Assembly (NCBI GenBank): GCA_039586365.1
Contig: JBDHKN010000039.1
Span: 1-42,380 of the forward strand
Reading direction: 5' to 3'
Origin: Gemmatimonadota bacterium
GTDB lineage: Bacteria; Gemmatimonadota; Gemmatimonadetes; Gemmatimonadales; GWC2-71-9
DNA length: 42,380 bases
Position 1 is the first letter of the stretch; each line of letters begins with the position of its first letter. The notes beneath the pieces are model-generated. The model did not search any database. It was not told the origin of the DNA and saw only the letters and a list, made by a program, of their open reading frames with translations. Both the position numbers and the translations under genes were made by a program. Shown piece after piece: positions 1-8,839 of this stretch.

Positions 1-114
1 CCCTCAACACTCGGCCTCGCAAGACCCTCGGTTGGAGGACGCCGGCCGAGGCGCTGGATCAGCTTCTAAGGTCAACTCAAACCGTTGATGTTGCGACGGC
101 CGATTGAATCCGCC
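1..114 (+). mobile_element. Right end of an IS30-family insertion sequence (transposase C-terminus plus terminal inverted repeat)
   Basis: Bases 3-107 translate as LNTRPRKTLGWRTPAEALDQLLRSTQTVDVATAD*, matching the LNxRPRKxLGWxTPAE tail of IS30 transposases. The stop lies inside tgttgcgacggccgattgaatccgcc (89-114), which resembles IS30-family right IRs. Not in the ORF track because it is partial. Confidence 0.8.
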
Positions 115-617
115 TAGCACACGAGGATCTTTATGGTCCCGATATGGAGTTGGGAAGATGGCTCCGTAGTAAGCACCTGGTTATCAAGTTGAACGACATA
201 CTGTTCGTGCATGGTGGCGTCGCCCCCGATTTGGTGATGCACGGACTGAGTCTGAAAGACGTGAACGAGACTGCTCGTAATAGTCTGGACCTTCGGTCCT
301 ATGAGCTGGTGACCAGTGACACCGCTAGGTTCCTCTTTGGGAGCACCGGGCCACTGTGGTATCGGGGCTATCACAGAGACACGGATGTGTACCCACAAGC
401 AACGTCTGAGCAACTGGGAATGACCCTGGACTTCTACGACGCCGAAGCCGTGGTGGTCGGGCACACTGAGATTGGTCAGGTGGGTACTCTATACAACGGA
501 CGCGTTGTCGGAATCGATGTTCCGGTTCAGAGCCTTGGCTCCTTGCAGGGTTTGCTGTGGAAGCGCGGCAAGTGGTTTCGGGTGACAGGTAGCGGGAGAC
601 TGAAATCCATAAGGTAG
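115..617 (+). pseudogene. C-terminal half of a calcineurin-like metallophosphoesterase (Shewanella-like phosphatase type), 5'-truncated by the IS30 end
   Basis: Has LYGPDMELGRWLR, LFVHGG, GPLWYRGY, VVGHT and IDV motifs. The N-terminal GDxHG, GDxxDRG and GNHE motifs are absent, and the frame runs back into the IS30 stop at 105-107. Confidence 0.75.
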
Positions 618-932
618 TCCATTTTGGAAACGCTGGTCCGAATACCCAAAGTAGATCTGGCGTCGCATGTCTGCTGCAGGGTTCGCCGCCCAGAATGACG
701 TAGCGGTTTGCGATTCCGGTGGCTCTGCCAGACAAAGGCATCCGTATCATACCTTGTGCTAGACCCGTGATGTCTGAGCGTCCATTCTTGGATGCCCCTT
801 TGGTCGGGACCTGGTTTGCATCGGATCGTGTATGCCCGAGACGGTTTGTTCTGGTACCGTTGCGGCTAGCGGCCGATCACTCACCAGATGTTGCAGGGTA
901 AAGAACGGCTTGACATTCAACTCGAGGTGGAG

Positions 933-1151
933 ATGAGCGAGAAAAGAGAAGGTCTGTTCACCGCGCCGGTATTCTTGGGCATGGCATTCTTCGTGTTTGG
1001 GATCGCAATAGTTGAGAAGTTCCTGAACTTGATTGGCATCAGCATTCCTTTTACGACTGTGTATCCGGCTCAACTGCTGCAATGGGCCGCGACTCTGCTG
1101 GTGTTCGATATTGCCCTTGTGTTGCGACAGATGCTCGAGAACAAGCTGTAG
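933..1151 (+). CDS. Small hypothetical membrane protein (72 aa, two hydrophobic segments)
   Basis: GAGGTGGAG RBS before ATG at 933; two hydrophobic stretches in MSEKREGLFTAPVFLGMAFFVFGIAI...LLVFDIALVLRQMLENKL. Confidence 0.7.
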   Translation: MSEKREGLFTAPVFLGMAFFVFGIAIVEKFLNLIGISIPFTTVYPAQLLQWAATLLVFDIALVLRQMLENKL

Positions 1152-1257
1152 CTACGCTTTAGTGGCGACGTGCTACGTTGATCCGGGGTGGCGCAGTTCC
1201 TTCTGACCTGAGCGCCACCTCACAGCAACGGGATCGAGGCTGCTGCCTTTGCGGCGC

Positions 1258-3015
1258 CTATTGACGCAGCCGCAACCTGATCTCTCCAACCTCCAGGTCC
1301 CGGTAGGGTACTTCCACCGGTGTGAATCCCAGAAGCCGCAGACTGTCCAGAAAGACCTCCCGTTCTGGAAGCTCGCCGTCGGGTCCAAGGCGCGTGAGCC
1401 TTCCGATTCGCTGCCAAGCACCGTCTTCAGTACGGTCATAAGCGAGAATCGCGTAGTCGGTGCCTCCCGATAGGACGACTACGTACTCGTTGTCGCCGTC
1501 GCCGTCCAGGGCAGCAGGGAACACGACGCAGTTTCTTCCTTCGATGCAGCCGTTGGTCTGATCGCGCGTGATGTCGGTCGCGACGAAACTCACGAGACCC
1601 TGAGGGAATCCCTCAGCCAGGGCGATTAACTCCAGATCGTCTTCGGTGAGCAGAACTGTCGCCCGTGTGGCCAGTTCCCGATAGGACTCAGCCTCACGAG
1701 CGACTGCCACACCATCGCGGATAGCTGCAAACTCGGGATGTTCGGTCAGCTGTTCCAGCTCTGCCAACCTCTCCCAGCCGGCGCGGCCGAGTCTAAAACG
1801 TAGGAACGCGTAGTCGAACTCCTGTGCGGCCACTCGTCCCTCTGCAAGACGTGCGAACTGGTTGCGGGCGCTCCAGGCCACTGGGTCGAGTATGGGCGTG
1901 TGCGCAGCGAGGGCACTAGTGACTAGCACCCAAGCCATTGTCATGTTCACTCGCTGTACAGGCTCCATCCATTTGCCGCGACGTTTGAGTACCGCAGCCG
2001 CGTAGCCAATCGCGTACAGCGCCGCCCAAGTGGTGAGTAGCACCCCGTAGAAACGACTAGGGCTGAGGCCGTATTGCGCTATCCTCAGTGCCAGGGCGTA
2101 GAATGTGATGCCCGCGTAGATCGGCAGTCCCAAGAGTGCCGCCTCAACGCCGTGACGCACCCAGCGTTCGTACGGAAGGTCGCCGGTCCCATCTTGATAT
2201 ACGCCATTGGACAGCAGGATCGTGAGCCCGATGAGCGAAAGCAGGACGGCCGAGGCGTGACCCGTGTCCCATAGGGGCTGGAGTCCGGTGAACGGCAGGC
2301 TTACTAGGAACAGGAGTGCGATGAGCGCAAGCAACGGCATGAGGGTGCGCAAAATGACTAGCGTCAAGCTCCGCAGTGTACTAGTCACCCGCTCGCTCTC
2401 GCGCCCGAGAGCCACTCCGTAACCGAAGACGGCGGCAAGCGCCATGCTGACGAACGCTGTATGGGTGAAGACGTCCTCGAACAAGGTTATATCGATCAAC
2501 TTGAAGAGCTGGAACCACAGCACAATGATGATCCAAAACGCCCAGGCTACCGCTCCGCCTATCGCCAAGATGTATATGTTGGTCCAACTGTGTTGAAACA
2601 GCTCGCTGTACGGGTACGTCCGCCGCCCGGTCTTCTGATAGATCTGTACGAACGGCAGCAGCACATACACTGCCAGCACTGTACCTGCGATCGAGAGCGG
2701 GATCCTCGACTCGTCGAGCCGGTAGGGAGCAGCGGCAGCCGGGACATGACTCCAGACCCAGAAGCCCAGGATGGCAAACACCGCTGGGATCACCGCTGCC
2801 AGTGTTGCCAGCCTCTTGATAGCGGTCCCGGTCCAAGCCAAGTGGACGATAGCTGCAGCTACCGATACGAAGAACACTGGTGCTACGATTAGTGCTTTTG
2901 CCGTCGGGTCTTCGGGCCACGCCTCGTGTGCCAGGAAGTAGACGCAACCCTGTACCAGGCCGGTACTGGCTAGCACGAGTCGCGTGGTTTGGCTTGCGGA
3001 CAGAGGCGTTCTCAT
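1258..3015 (-). CDS. DUF4153-like polytopic membrane protein
   Basis: 585 aa with many TM segments; RIAQYGLSPSRFYG and PILDP...Q.ARL..G.V....FDY.FLRF.LGR.G signatures typical of DUF4153 proteins; GGAGG RBS. Confidence 0.75.
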   Translation of the reverse strand: MRTPLSASQTTRLVLASTGLVQGCVYFLAHEAWPEDPTAKALIVAPVFFVSVAAAIVHLAWTGTAIKRLATLAAVIPAVFAILGFWVWSHVPAAAAPYRLDESRIPLSIAGTVLAVYVLLPFVQIYQKTGRRTYPYSELFQHSWTNIYILAIGGAVAWAFWIIIVLWFQLFKLIDITLFEDVFTHTAFVSMALAAVFGYGVALGRESERVTSTLRSLTLVILRTLMPLLALIALLFLVSLPFTGLQPLWDTGHASAVLLSLIGLTILLSNGVYQDGTGDLPYERWVRHGVEAALLGLPIYAGITFYALALRIAQYGLSPSRFYGVLLTTWAALYAIGYAAAVLKRRGKWMEPVQRVNMTMAWVLVTSALAAHTPILDPVAWSARNQFARLAEGRVAAQEFDYAFLRFRLGRAGWERLAELEQLTEHPEFAAIRDGVAVAREAESYRELATRATVLLTEDDLELIALAEGFPQGLVSFVATDITRDQTNGCIEGRNCVVFPAALDGDGDNEYVVVLSGGTDYAILAYDRTEDGAWQRIGRLTRLGPDGELPEREVFLDSLRLLGFTPVEVPYRDLEVGEIRLRLRQ

Positions 3016-3153
3016 GTCTCACCTCCCGATGTGCGCCTGGTGGGGGGAAGGCTAACGTAATGACGCGCGCTATGTAGGGCCAGGGATCGCTGTGCGGCTA
3101 TGGGCCAGCAGAGCCTCAGCTGGTGGAGATCACGGTTGCGGGCTTGCGGCCGC

Positions 3154-3179
3154 GAATCTTTTTGGACCCAACCGACGTT
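3154..3179 (+). promoter_or_regulatory. Possible ECF-sigma-type promoter for the permease
   Basis: GAATC, T-tract, 17-nt spacer, then CGTT, about 40 bp upstream of ATG 3217. Pattern match only. Confidence 0.25.
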
Positions 3180-3216
3180 CTATGGGATTAGGGAAATACC
3201 ACACCCAGGTGATCTA

Positions 3217-5607
3217 ATGGACACATTGTTGAGTGATATCCGGTATGCGCTACGCGCGGTCCGCAAGAGCCCTGGTATCATTGCCGTGGCCGTGCTCTCT
3301 CTGGCGCTGGGTATCGGCGCCAACACCACGATCTTCAGCGCGGTGGATGTGTTCATGTTACGACCCCTGCCGTACCCAGATGCACAACGTCTAGTGCACG
3401 TGTACAGCACTGTTCCGGAGCGCGGCTGGAACTACAACTCCGTCTCGATCCCAGACTACCTCGATTTGCGGGAGCAGAGCCGCACTGTAGACCTGGCCAC
3501 GAGCTATGGGCGGGACTTCAACGTGTCCGGCATTGGTGAGCGACCCGAACGGATCGATGGCGAGCGTGTGTCCTGGAACTACTTCCAGGTTCTAATGCTA
3601 CAACCGGTGATTGGCCGCACGTTCACGCGGGAGGAGGAGCAAAACGGACAGCACTACGTGGCCATCATCAGCGACGGTCTGTGGCAACGGCGCTTCGGGG
3701 GGGATCCTGGGATCCTCGGAACCACGATGGAACTCGACGGCGAACCCTACACGGTCGTGGGTGTTCTCCCGCCCAAGTTTCGGTTTTATGAGAGCCGGAC
3801 TGACATTTGGACTCCGATTCCTCTCACCGGTGAAGAGAGTCGTGGCAACCATTTCCTGGCGCCGGTTGGCCGGCTCCGGTCCGGAGCAACCGTCGAGCAA
3901 GCCAACGCCGAGATGGCCGCCATCGCGGCTCGGTTGGCTGAGGAGTATCCGGAGACCAACGATGGGTGGGGTGCGGGTGCCCGCGACTTGCACCGGCGGA
4001 TCTTCTCTGAGGAGTTCAGAATGGGCAGCCTCATCTGCTCGGTGGCAGTCGCGTTCGTGCTGCTCATCGCATGCGCCAACGTGGCGAACTTGATGCTCAC
4101 CCGGGTCTCGGGCCGGAGCCGGGAGATTGCGGTGCGGGGAGCGCTGGGAGCAAGCCGCAGCCGCATCCTACGCCAGCTGCTCACCGAATCGATGATCGTG
4201 TCGCTCATGGGTGGTGCCCTTGGCCTTGTATTCTCACTGGCAGGAATCCGTGGTTTCGTGTCACTCATGCCAGCGTGGTTTCCTCGGGTTGACGAGATCG
4301 GACTGGATGGTCGCGTCCTGCTATTCGCGCTGGTAATCACAGTGCTCACCGGGATTCTGTTCGGTATGGCGCCGGCACTCCATAGCTCGCGCCCCAACAT
4401 CACCGACTCCCTGAAAGAAGGGGGACGTGGCAACGTGGGCGCCAAAGGTGACCGTCTGAGGAAGACGTTGGTCGTTGCCGAGGTATCTCTGTCGTTGGCG
4501 TTGCTAGTGGCATCTGCTCTATTGGTGCAGGGTTTCCTGAGGCTTCAGACGGCCGATTTCGGGTGGGAAGAGGAAGACGTGCTCACGTTTCAAGTCGCTC
4601 TTCCCGCATCCCAATACCCTGATGAAGCAGCCTTGAACGGGTTCTACCGGGAGATGCTGCCGAGGATTGCGTCGCTGCCAGGAATCGAGGCGATTGGTGG
4701 CACCACCATTCTGCCGATGCGGGGCCACAGCAACTCATTCTTCGCGATCCCCGGCCGCGAGGTGGCGAGTCTCCAAGACCGTCCGCTCACGGAGGTTCGG
4801 AGGGTGTTCCCCGGCTACTTCCCGGCGATGGGTACTGCACTGCTACGCGGTCGCCCTCTGGGCGATGAGGACCGCCCGGATACGCGGCCGGTGATTGTGG
4901 TTAACGAAGCCCTGGTGGAACGTCACTTCCCGGGAGAGGACCCGATCGGTAAACAGATTGACCTCTGGGGGCTGAATCGCGAAATCGTCGGCGTCGTTCA
5001 AAACACGCTCGACGTGGACCCGAACCCCAGGCCGATGACGTTCATGTCTGCGTTCCAGTACCCGGTTAGCAGCATGAGCTTCGTCGTGCGCACCACCGGA
5101 CAGCCCGCTGCGATCACCGACGCCGTGAGGTCGGAGGTCCTGAGGCTGGATCCAGATCTGCCCATTTACCAGGTGCGGACGCTGGAAGATCACATCGCCG
5201 AGCAACAGGGTGGCAATACCATCATGGCGAAGGTCATGAGCGTGGTTGCCCTCGTGGCACTCACCCTCGCAGTGGTCGGTGTGTACGGCGTCATGTCCTA
5301 CTCAGTTTCACAACGCACGCAGGAAGTAGGCATTCGCATGGCGCTGGGTGCCCAGCGCGCAACAGTGCTCGGGATGATCCTCCGGCAGGGGACGATCCTG
5401 GCGTTTATCGGTGTTGTTATCGGACTCTTCATCGCGGCTGCGGTCTCCAGAAGCCTGTCGCTCTTCCTGTTCGGAGTGAATCCGTTCGACCCACTCACCT
5501 TTGGCGCAGTCGCACTCATTCTGTTGCTCTCCGGTGTTGGCGCCAGTTACATGCCCGCCCATAGAGCCACCAAGGTTGATCCCCTGAGCGCCTTGAGGAC
5601 GGAGTGA
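3217..5607 (+). CDS. ABC transporter permease, ADOP (duplicated MacB_PCD/FtsX) family
   Basis: Starts MDTLLSDIRYALR; contains LALGIGANTTIFS, LLIACANVANL, REIAVRGALGA, RTQEVGIRMALGA and ends VDPLSALRTE. The upstream ATG at 3100 adds non-homologous sequence. Confidence 0.92.
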   Translation: MDTLLSDIRYALRAVRKSPGIIAVAVLSLALGIGANTTIFSAVDVFMLRPLPYPDAQRLVHVYSTVPERGWNYNSVSIPDYLDLREQSRTVDLATSYGRDFNVSGIGERPERIDGERVSWNYFQVLMLQPVIGRTFTREEEQNGQHYVAIISDGLWQRRFGGDPGILGTTMELDGEPYTVVGVLPPKFRFYESRTDIWTPIPLTGEESRGNHFLAPVGRLRSGATVEQANAEMAAIAARLAEEYPETNDGWGAGARDLHRRIFSEEFRMGSLICSVAVAFVLLIACANVANLMLTRVSGRSREIAVRGALGASRSRILRQLLTESMIVSLMGGALGLVFSLAGIRGFVSLMPAWFPRVDEIGLDGRVLLFALVITVLTGILFGMAPALHSSRPNITDSLKEGGRGNVGAKGDRLRKTLVVAEVSLSLALLVASALLVQGFLRLQTADFGWEEEDVLTFQVALPASQYPDEAALNGFYREMLPRIASLPGIEAIGGTTILPMRGHSNSFFAIPGREVASLQDRPLTEVRRVFPGYFPAMGTALLRGRPLGDEDRPDTRPVIVVNEALVERHFPGEDPIGKQIDLWGLNREIVGVVQNTLDVDPNPRPMTFMSAFQYPVSSMSFVVRTTGQPAAITDAVRSEVLRLDPDLPIYQVRTLEDHIAEQQGGNTIMAKVMSVVALVALTLAVVGVYGVMSYSVSQRTQEVGIRMALGAQRATVLGMILRQGTILAFIGVVIGLFIAAAVSRSLSLFLFGVNPFDPLTFGAVALILLLSGVGASYMPAHRATKVDPLSALRTE

Positions 5608-5620
5608 GCTGATAGCTGTA

Positions 5621-5967
5621 GGTCAAGCCGCTCACGGCCCGCGGCAGAGAGTTGAGGGCACAGGGCAAATACGGCAGCGAATTGCGAGCCATTCCATTTG
5701 CGGAGACAGAGGCAGGAAAACTGGTGCGGCCCAAGCATGCCAGGTCACTCCATTCAGCCAGTGGTCATGCTGAGGGAGATTCTGATTACAAGGCCGGGAC
5801 GGTTCCTGGTACCGGGGGATTACGCGTTGTCTATGTTCCCTACGCCACCGAGGAAACGATAGGTGTGTCCACCACGCCAACGCCGCAAGCGTGCGTGGTT
5901 GATGCATCCCGGCACACCGGGCGCCCACCTGATTATCAACATTCTGCCAGCAGCAGGCAGACGCTGA
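5621..5967 (+). pseudogene. 5'-truncated, frameshifted remnant of a conserved hypothetical protein
   Basis: One frame reads KPLTARGRELRAQG...FAETEAGKL...RVVYVPYATEETIGVST. After a frameshift near 5890 a second frame reads AWLMHPGTPGAHLII, stopping at 5965-5967. These segments resemble a hypothetical family I recall (ARGREL / VVYxPYAT / PWxMxPGTxxAHIM). No start codon or RBS. Confidence 0.5.
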
Positions 5968-6000
5968 TAGCTAGCAGCTGACAGCTATCGGCTGTCAGCT
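5963..6000. repeat. Degenerate heptamer repeat (GCTGAYA-like) containing a perfect 10-bp stem hairpin; possible terminator
   Basis: gctgata gctagca gctgaca gctatcg gctgtca gct; AGCTGACAGC (5976-5985) pairs with GCTGTCAGCT (5991-6000); lies between convergent genes. Confidence 0.7.
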
Positions 6001-6018
6001 CATTCCTCGAGTCATGGG

Positions 6019-6528
6019 TCAGTACCAGCTAAAACCGGCGGGCATCACTGCGATGTCGTGGCCGAGCAGCTGGTCCCCAGCGAACAGCGTGCGGGCTTTG
6101 AAGCTTCTGCCTTGCAGCAAGAGCGGTAGCCAGTGGCGGTCGTCGGCCCACATTTGATCGTACGGCACGTTGTCCACCGGGACCCAAAACGGGATTGCCT
6201 CTGAGGTCTCTTGTGGTTGTCCAGTGCACCCGCCGCCCTTGAATACATGGATGCGAATCGAGATACCGTCCAGAACGTGGAACAGTATTTCACCGCACTT
6301 GCGCACCCCGGTCGGGTGCACAGCCAACTCCTCGGCGAACTCCCGGACCGCGGCGGCGAGAGGTGATTCGCCAGCGTCGATTCTCCCTCCGGGAGCATTG
6401 ATCTTGCCCGCCCCCAAACCGCGCCGCTTGTGGATCAGTAGGATCGACCCGTTCCGGACGACGTATAGGAGCGTTGCCTCTTGGTCGGGTATCCAGCTAG
6501 TCCAGTCGATGTCCTCGAATTGCACCAC
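6019..6528 (-). CDS. Nudix hydrolase, MTH1/8-oxo-dGTP diphosphatase-like
   Basis: Nudix box GGRIDAGESPLAAAVREFAEELAV; KRRGLGAGKINAPGG and VPYDQMWADDRHWLP are MTH1-type motifs. Confidence 0.88.
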   Translation of the reverse strand: MVQFEDIDWTSWIPDQEATLLYVVRNGSILLIHKRRGLGAGKINAPGGRIDAGESPLAAAVREFAEELAVHPTGVRKCGEILFHVLDGISIRIHVFKGGGCTGQPQETSEAIPFWVPVDNVPYDQMWADDRHWLPLLLQGRSFKARTLFAGDQLLGHDIAVMPAGFSWY

Positions 6529-6772
6529 AGAGCCCGAGAGTAATTGTTCAGCCCCACGCGGTCGTCAGAAGAGTAATGTAACCGGTAGCCGTCTGCCTCT
6601 GGCTCGACTCCAGGCCGTCCGAGATACGGTGATCGCCTGAACCAGCAACACCGCCGCTGTTCTGGCGGTGCAGTGCTCCTGTCCAGTTGAGAGGACACCT
6701 CCTCACGTTCACAACGTGTCCCTACGTCGGTAACACATTGCTATCCAGCGACTTGGACAACATGGCAGGGTG

Positions 6773-6787
6773 GGGCATGGGTTATGC
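6773..6787 (+). promoter_or_regulatory. Possible sigma54 (-24/-12) promoter
   Basis: GGGCATGGGTTATGC has GG-N10-GC spacing, about 60 bp upstream of the first Bor-like gene. Confidence 0.3.
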
Positions 6788-6845
6788 CAATCTAGATATA
6801 CGACATATTTATTGGCACCAACAAAGTACGCTGCTGGAGGGGCCC

Positions 6846-7220
6846 ATGAACAACCGCACATCGATGCCTTGGCGAACGGTCCTAGCCTCAGCATCGCTTC
6901 TGGTCGCATCGACCGCGTGTCATCGTGTAATCATCGATTCCGGTCTCGAACCTGCTCGAAGGGTTCACCACGAAGAGTGGAACATAGCCTACGCGGAGGC
7001 GATCTACCCTGCGCAAATTGACGCCACCGATTACTGCAAGCGCTGGGCGCGTGTCGAGACGAAGCAGAGCTTTCTCAACTGGGTAGTCGGTGCCGCCACG
7101 TTCGGCATCATCACGCCAATGGATGTGAAAGTTGTCTGCGCTGAGAGTGTGTCGCCGGATGCTGAAGACTCCCAGGGCGCTGAGCAACCTCAAGCACCCG
7201 ATCTGCCACCCCAGTTCTGA
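6846..7220 (+). CDS. Bor/Iss-family lipoprotein (copy 1)
   Basis: GGAGG RBS; lipobox STAC; motif C...ARVETKQSFLNWVVGAATFGIITP...VC; acidic/Pro-rich tail. Confidence 0.75.
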   Translation: MNNRTSMPWRTVLASASLLVASTACHRVIIDSGLEPARRVHHEEWNIAYAEAIYPAQIDATDYCKRWARVETKQSFLNWVVGAATFGIITPMDVKVVCAESVSPDAEDSQGAEQPQAPDLPPQF

Positions 7221-7254
7221 TACGTCAGAAATCGAACCTACGGAGGTAATGAAA

Positions 7255-7584
7255 ATGCGTCGCGACACGAACAAGGTGATGGTGGGTTTGCTTCTGACGG
7301 CGCTCCTGTTGGTCTCGGCTGGGTGCTACCATAGCATCGTTGACACCGGCTTGGAGCCGGGGCCGACCGCCTATCACGAGGGGTGGGAAACGGCGTGGCT
7401 CGGCGGTCTCGTGCCTGCTAGGGTGGATGCCGGGGGAGTGTGCGGTGGTCCCTGGGCCAGAGTGGAGACCCAGCAGAGTTTTCTGAACGGCCTGGTATCG
7501 TTCTTAACCCTCGGCATCTACGCACCTCACGAGGTCGAGATCGTGTGTGCTGCCGGAGTGGTGGAGGAGAACTCGGGAACCTAG
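7255..7584 (+). CDS. Bor/Iss-family lipoprotein (copy 2)
   Basis: GGAGG RBS at 7242-7246 (alternative ATG at 7249); lipobox SAGC; motif C...ARVETQQSFLNGLVSFLTLGIYAP...VC. Confidence 0.8.
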   Translation: MRRDTNKVMVGLLLTALLLVSAGCYHSIVDTGLEPGPTAYHEGWETAWLGGLVPARVDAGGVCGGPWARVETQQSFLNGLVSFLTLGIYAPHEVEIVCAAGVVEENSGT

Positions 7585-7815
7585 CTGGTGGGTGGGGAGT
7601 CACAATCTCGCCCAATGGGGTGTGGCCTAGCGGGGGCCGCTCGCGTCAAACGACGGCCCTCGCGCGTGTTTGGGCTGCAGGCACGAGTTTGGTGGAGTGC
7701 CGCGGATGGCGCCGCCCCTCCCTGATGTCGGGAGTGAGGACCCAGTTGAGCCTATCAGGGTAACCCATGTAATATTTCATGGCTTTGCTTTCGCACCATC
7801 CGCACAGGAGGTTCC

Positions 7816-8652
7816 ATGTTCACGCCTGCACGTGTCCTCACGGCTGCACTTGTGACAACGTTGGCGCTACCTGCGGCCGGGCGGGCTCAATCCGCCGCCG
7901 ACATTCTGAACCGAATGCTCTCCGAGTACGAGCGCCGTTCGCAAGGCGTGGAGAATTACACCATCGTTCAGGAGACGATGGGGATAGAGACCGTCACCTA
8001 CTTCGAAAAGGAGACGGTCGACGGCCATCCAGTCTTCCGCCTGCGCAGCACACGGGCCGCTGGCATGGTGATGACGGAACATGATTCGGAAAACGACGGC
8101 TGGGATGAGTTCTACTCCCTGGCGCCTCAGATGATTTCCCATGCTGAGTACCTAGGCAGAGATCAGGTTGAAGGACGGGCCGTGCAGGTTGTGGTGGTGA
8201 ACGATCTGGACGAGATCGGATTTGGTCAAGGTCCAGCTCCCGAAGATGCTGACTTCCAACCTGAGCTGGGCAGGTTCTACGTCGATGCAGACCAGTGGGT
8301 CGTGCGGCGCATGGAGTTCGAGGGCAGCATGACCACTCAGGGCGAGACCCACGACGTTAAGAGCGTTGCCGACTTCAGTGACTTCAGGGAGATAGACGGC
8401 ATGCTCCATCCGTTCCTTATGGACGTGACCGTCGAAGGCTTCGGTGAGGCGCTGGATCCCGAAATGCGGGAGCAGTTGGAGGAGATGAAGCGGGAGCTGG
8501 AGCAGATGCCCGAGGCGCAGCGCAAGATGGTGGAGCAGATGATGAAGGCGCAGATTGAGAACCTCGAGCAGATGGGCGACGAAGGCGGCATGAAGATCCA
8601 GATCAAGGTCAAGGAGTTGCGGGTGAACAGTGGTCCTCCGGGTGACCGCTAA
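7816..8652 (+). CDS. Secreted hypothetical protein, possibly LolA-like beta-sheet fold with a Met/Glu/Gln-rich helical insert
   Basis: AGGAGG RBS; signal peptide ending AAGRA/Q; G.DQVEGRAV, YVDADQWVVRRMEF and FSDFREIDGMLHPF segments resemble LolA-like/sorting-protein families; strong coding-like codon usage. Confidence 0.7.
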   Translation: MFTPARVLTAALVTTLALPAAGRAQSAADILNRMLSEYERRSQGVENYTIVQETMGIETVTYFEKETVDGHPVFRLRSTRAAGMVMTEHDSENDGWDEFYSLAPQMISHAEYLGRDQVEGRAVQVVVVNDLDEIGFGQGPAPEDADFQPELGRFYVDADQWVVRRMEFEGSMTTQGETHDVKSVADFSDFREIDGMLHPFLMDVTVEGFGEALDPEMREQLEEMKRELEQMPEAQRKMVEQMMKAQIENLEQMGDEGGMKIQIKVKELRVNSGPPGDR

Positions 8653-8839
8653 CCGACCGCAATAACAGGACAGGCAAGACGTGGAGGAAGGCCTGTCTAG
8701 GACCTGACTCCGCGACTGCCGCGACTCGTCAGCTCAGGCGTAGCCGGCATCTGACGTATCCGCGTGCTCACCCAGGACGCTGGCGCCGCTCTTGATAGCA
8801 GCCACAATAGTTGATTTCGCGAGCATCACTCATCCCAGC

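Noticed and set aside
728..807. Riboswitch-like pairing (CAAAGGCATCC / GGATGCCCCTTTG) upstream of the small membrane protein
   Set aside because: No recognisable aptamer consensus; could be chance complementarity.
1187..1219. Terminator hairpin GGTGGCGC/GCGCCACC between convergent genes
   Set aside because: 17-nt loop and no U-tract; too weak to call.
7780..7795. Sigma54-like TGGC-N8-CGCA motif
   Set aside because: The implied TSS would fall on the RBS; likely chance.
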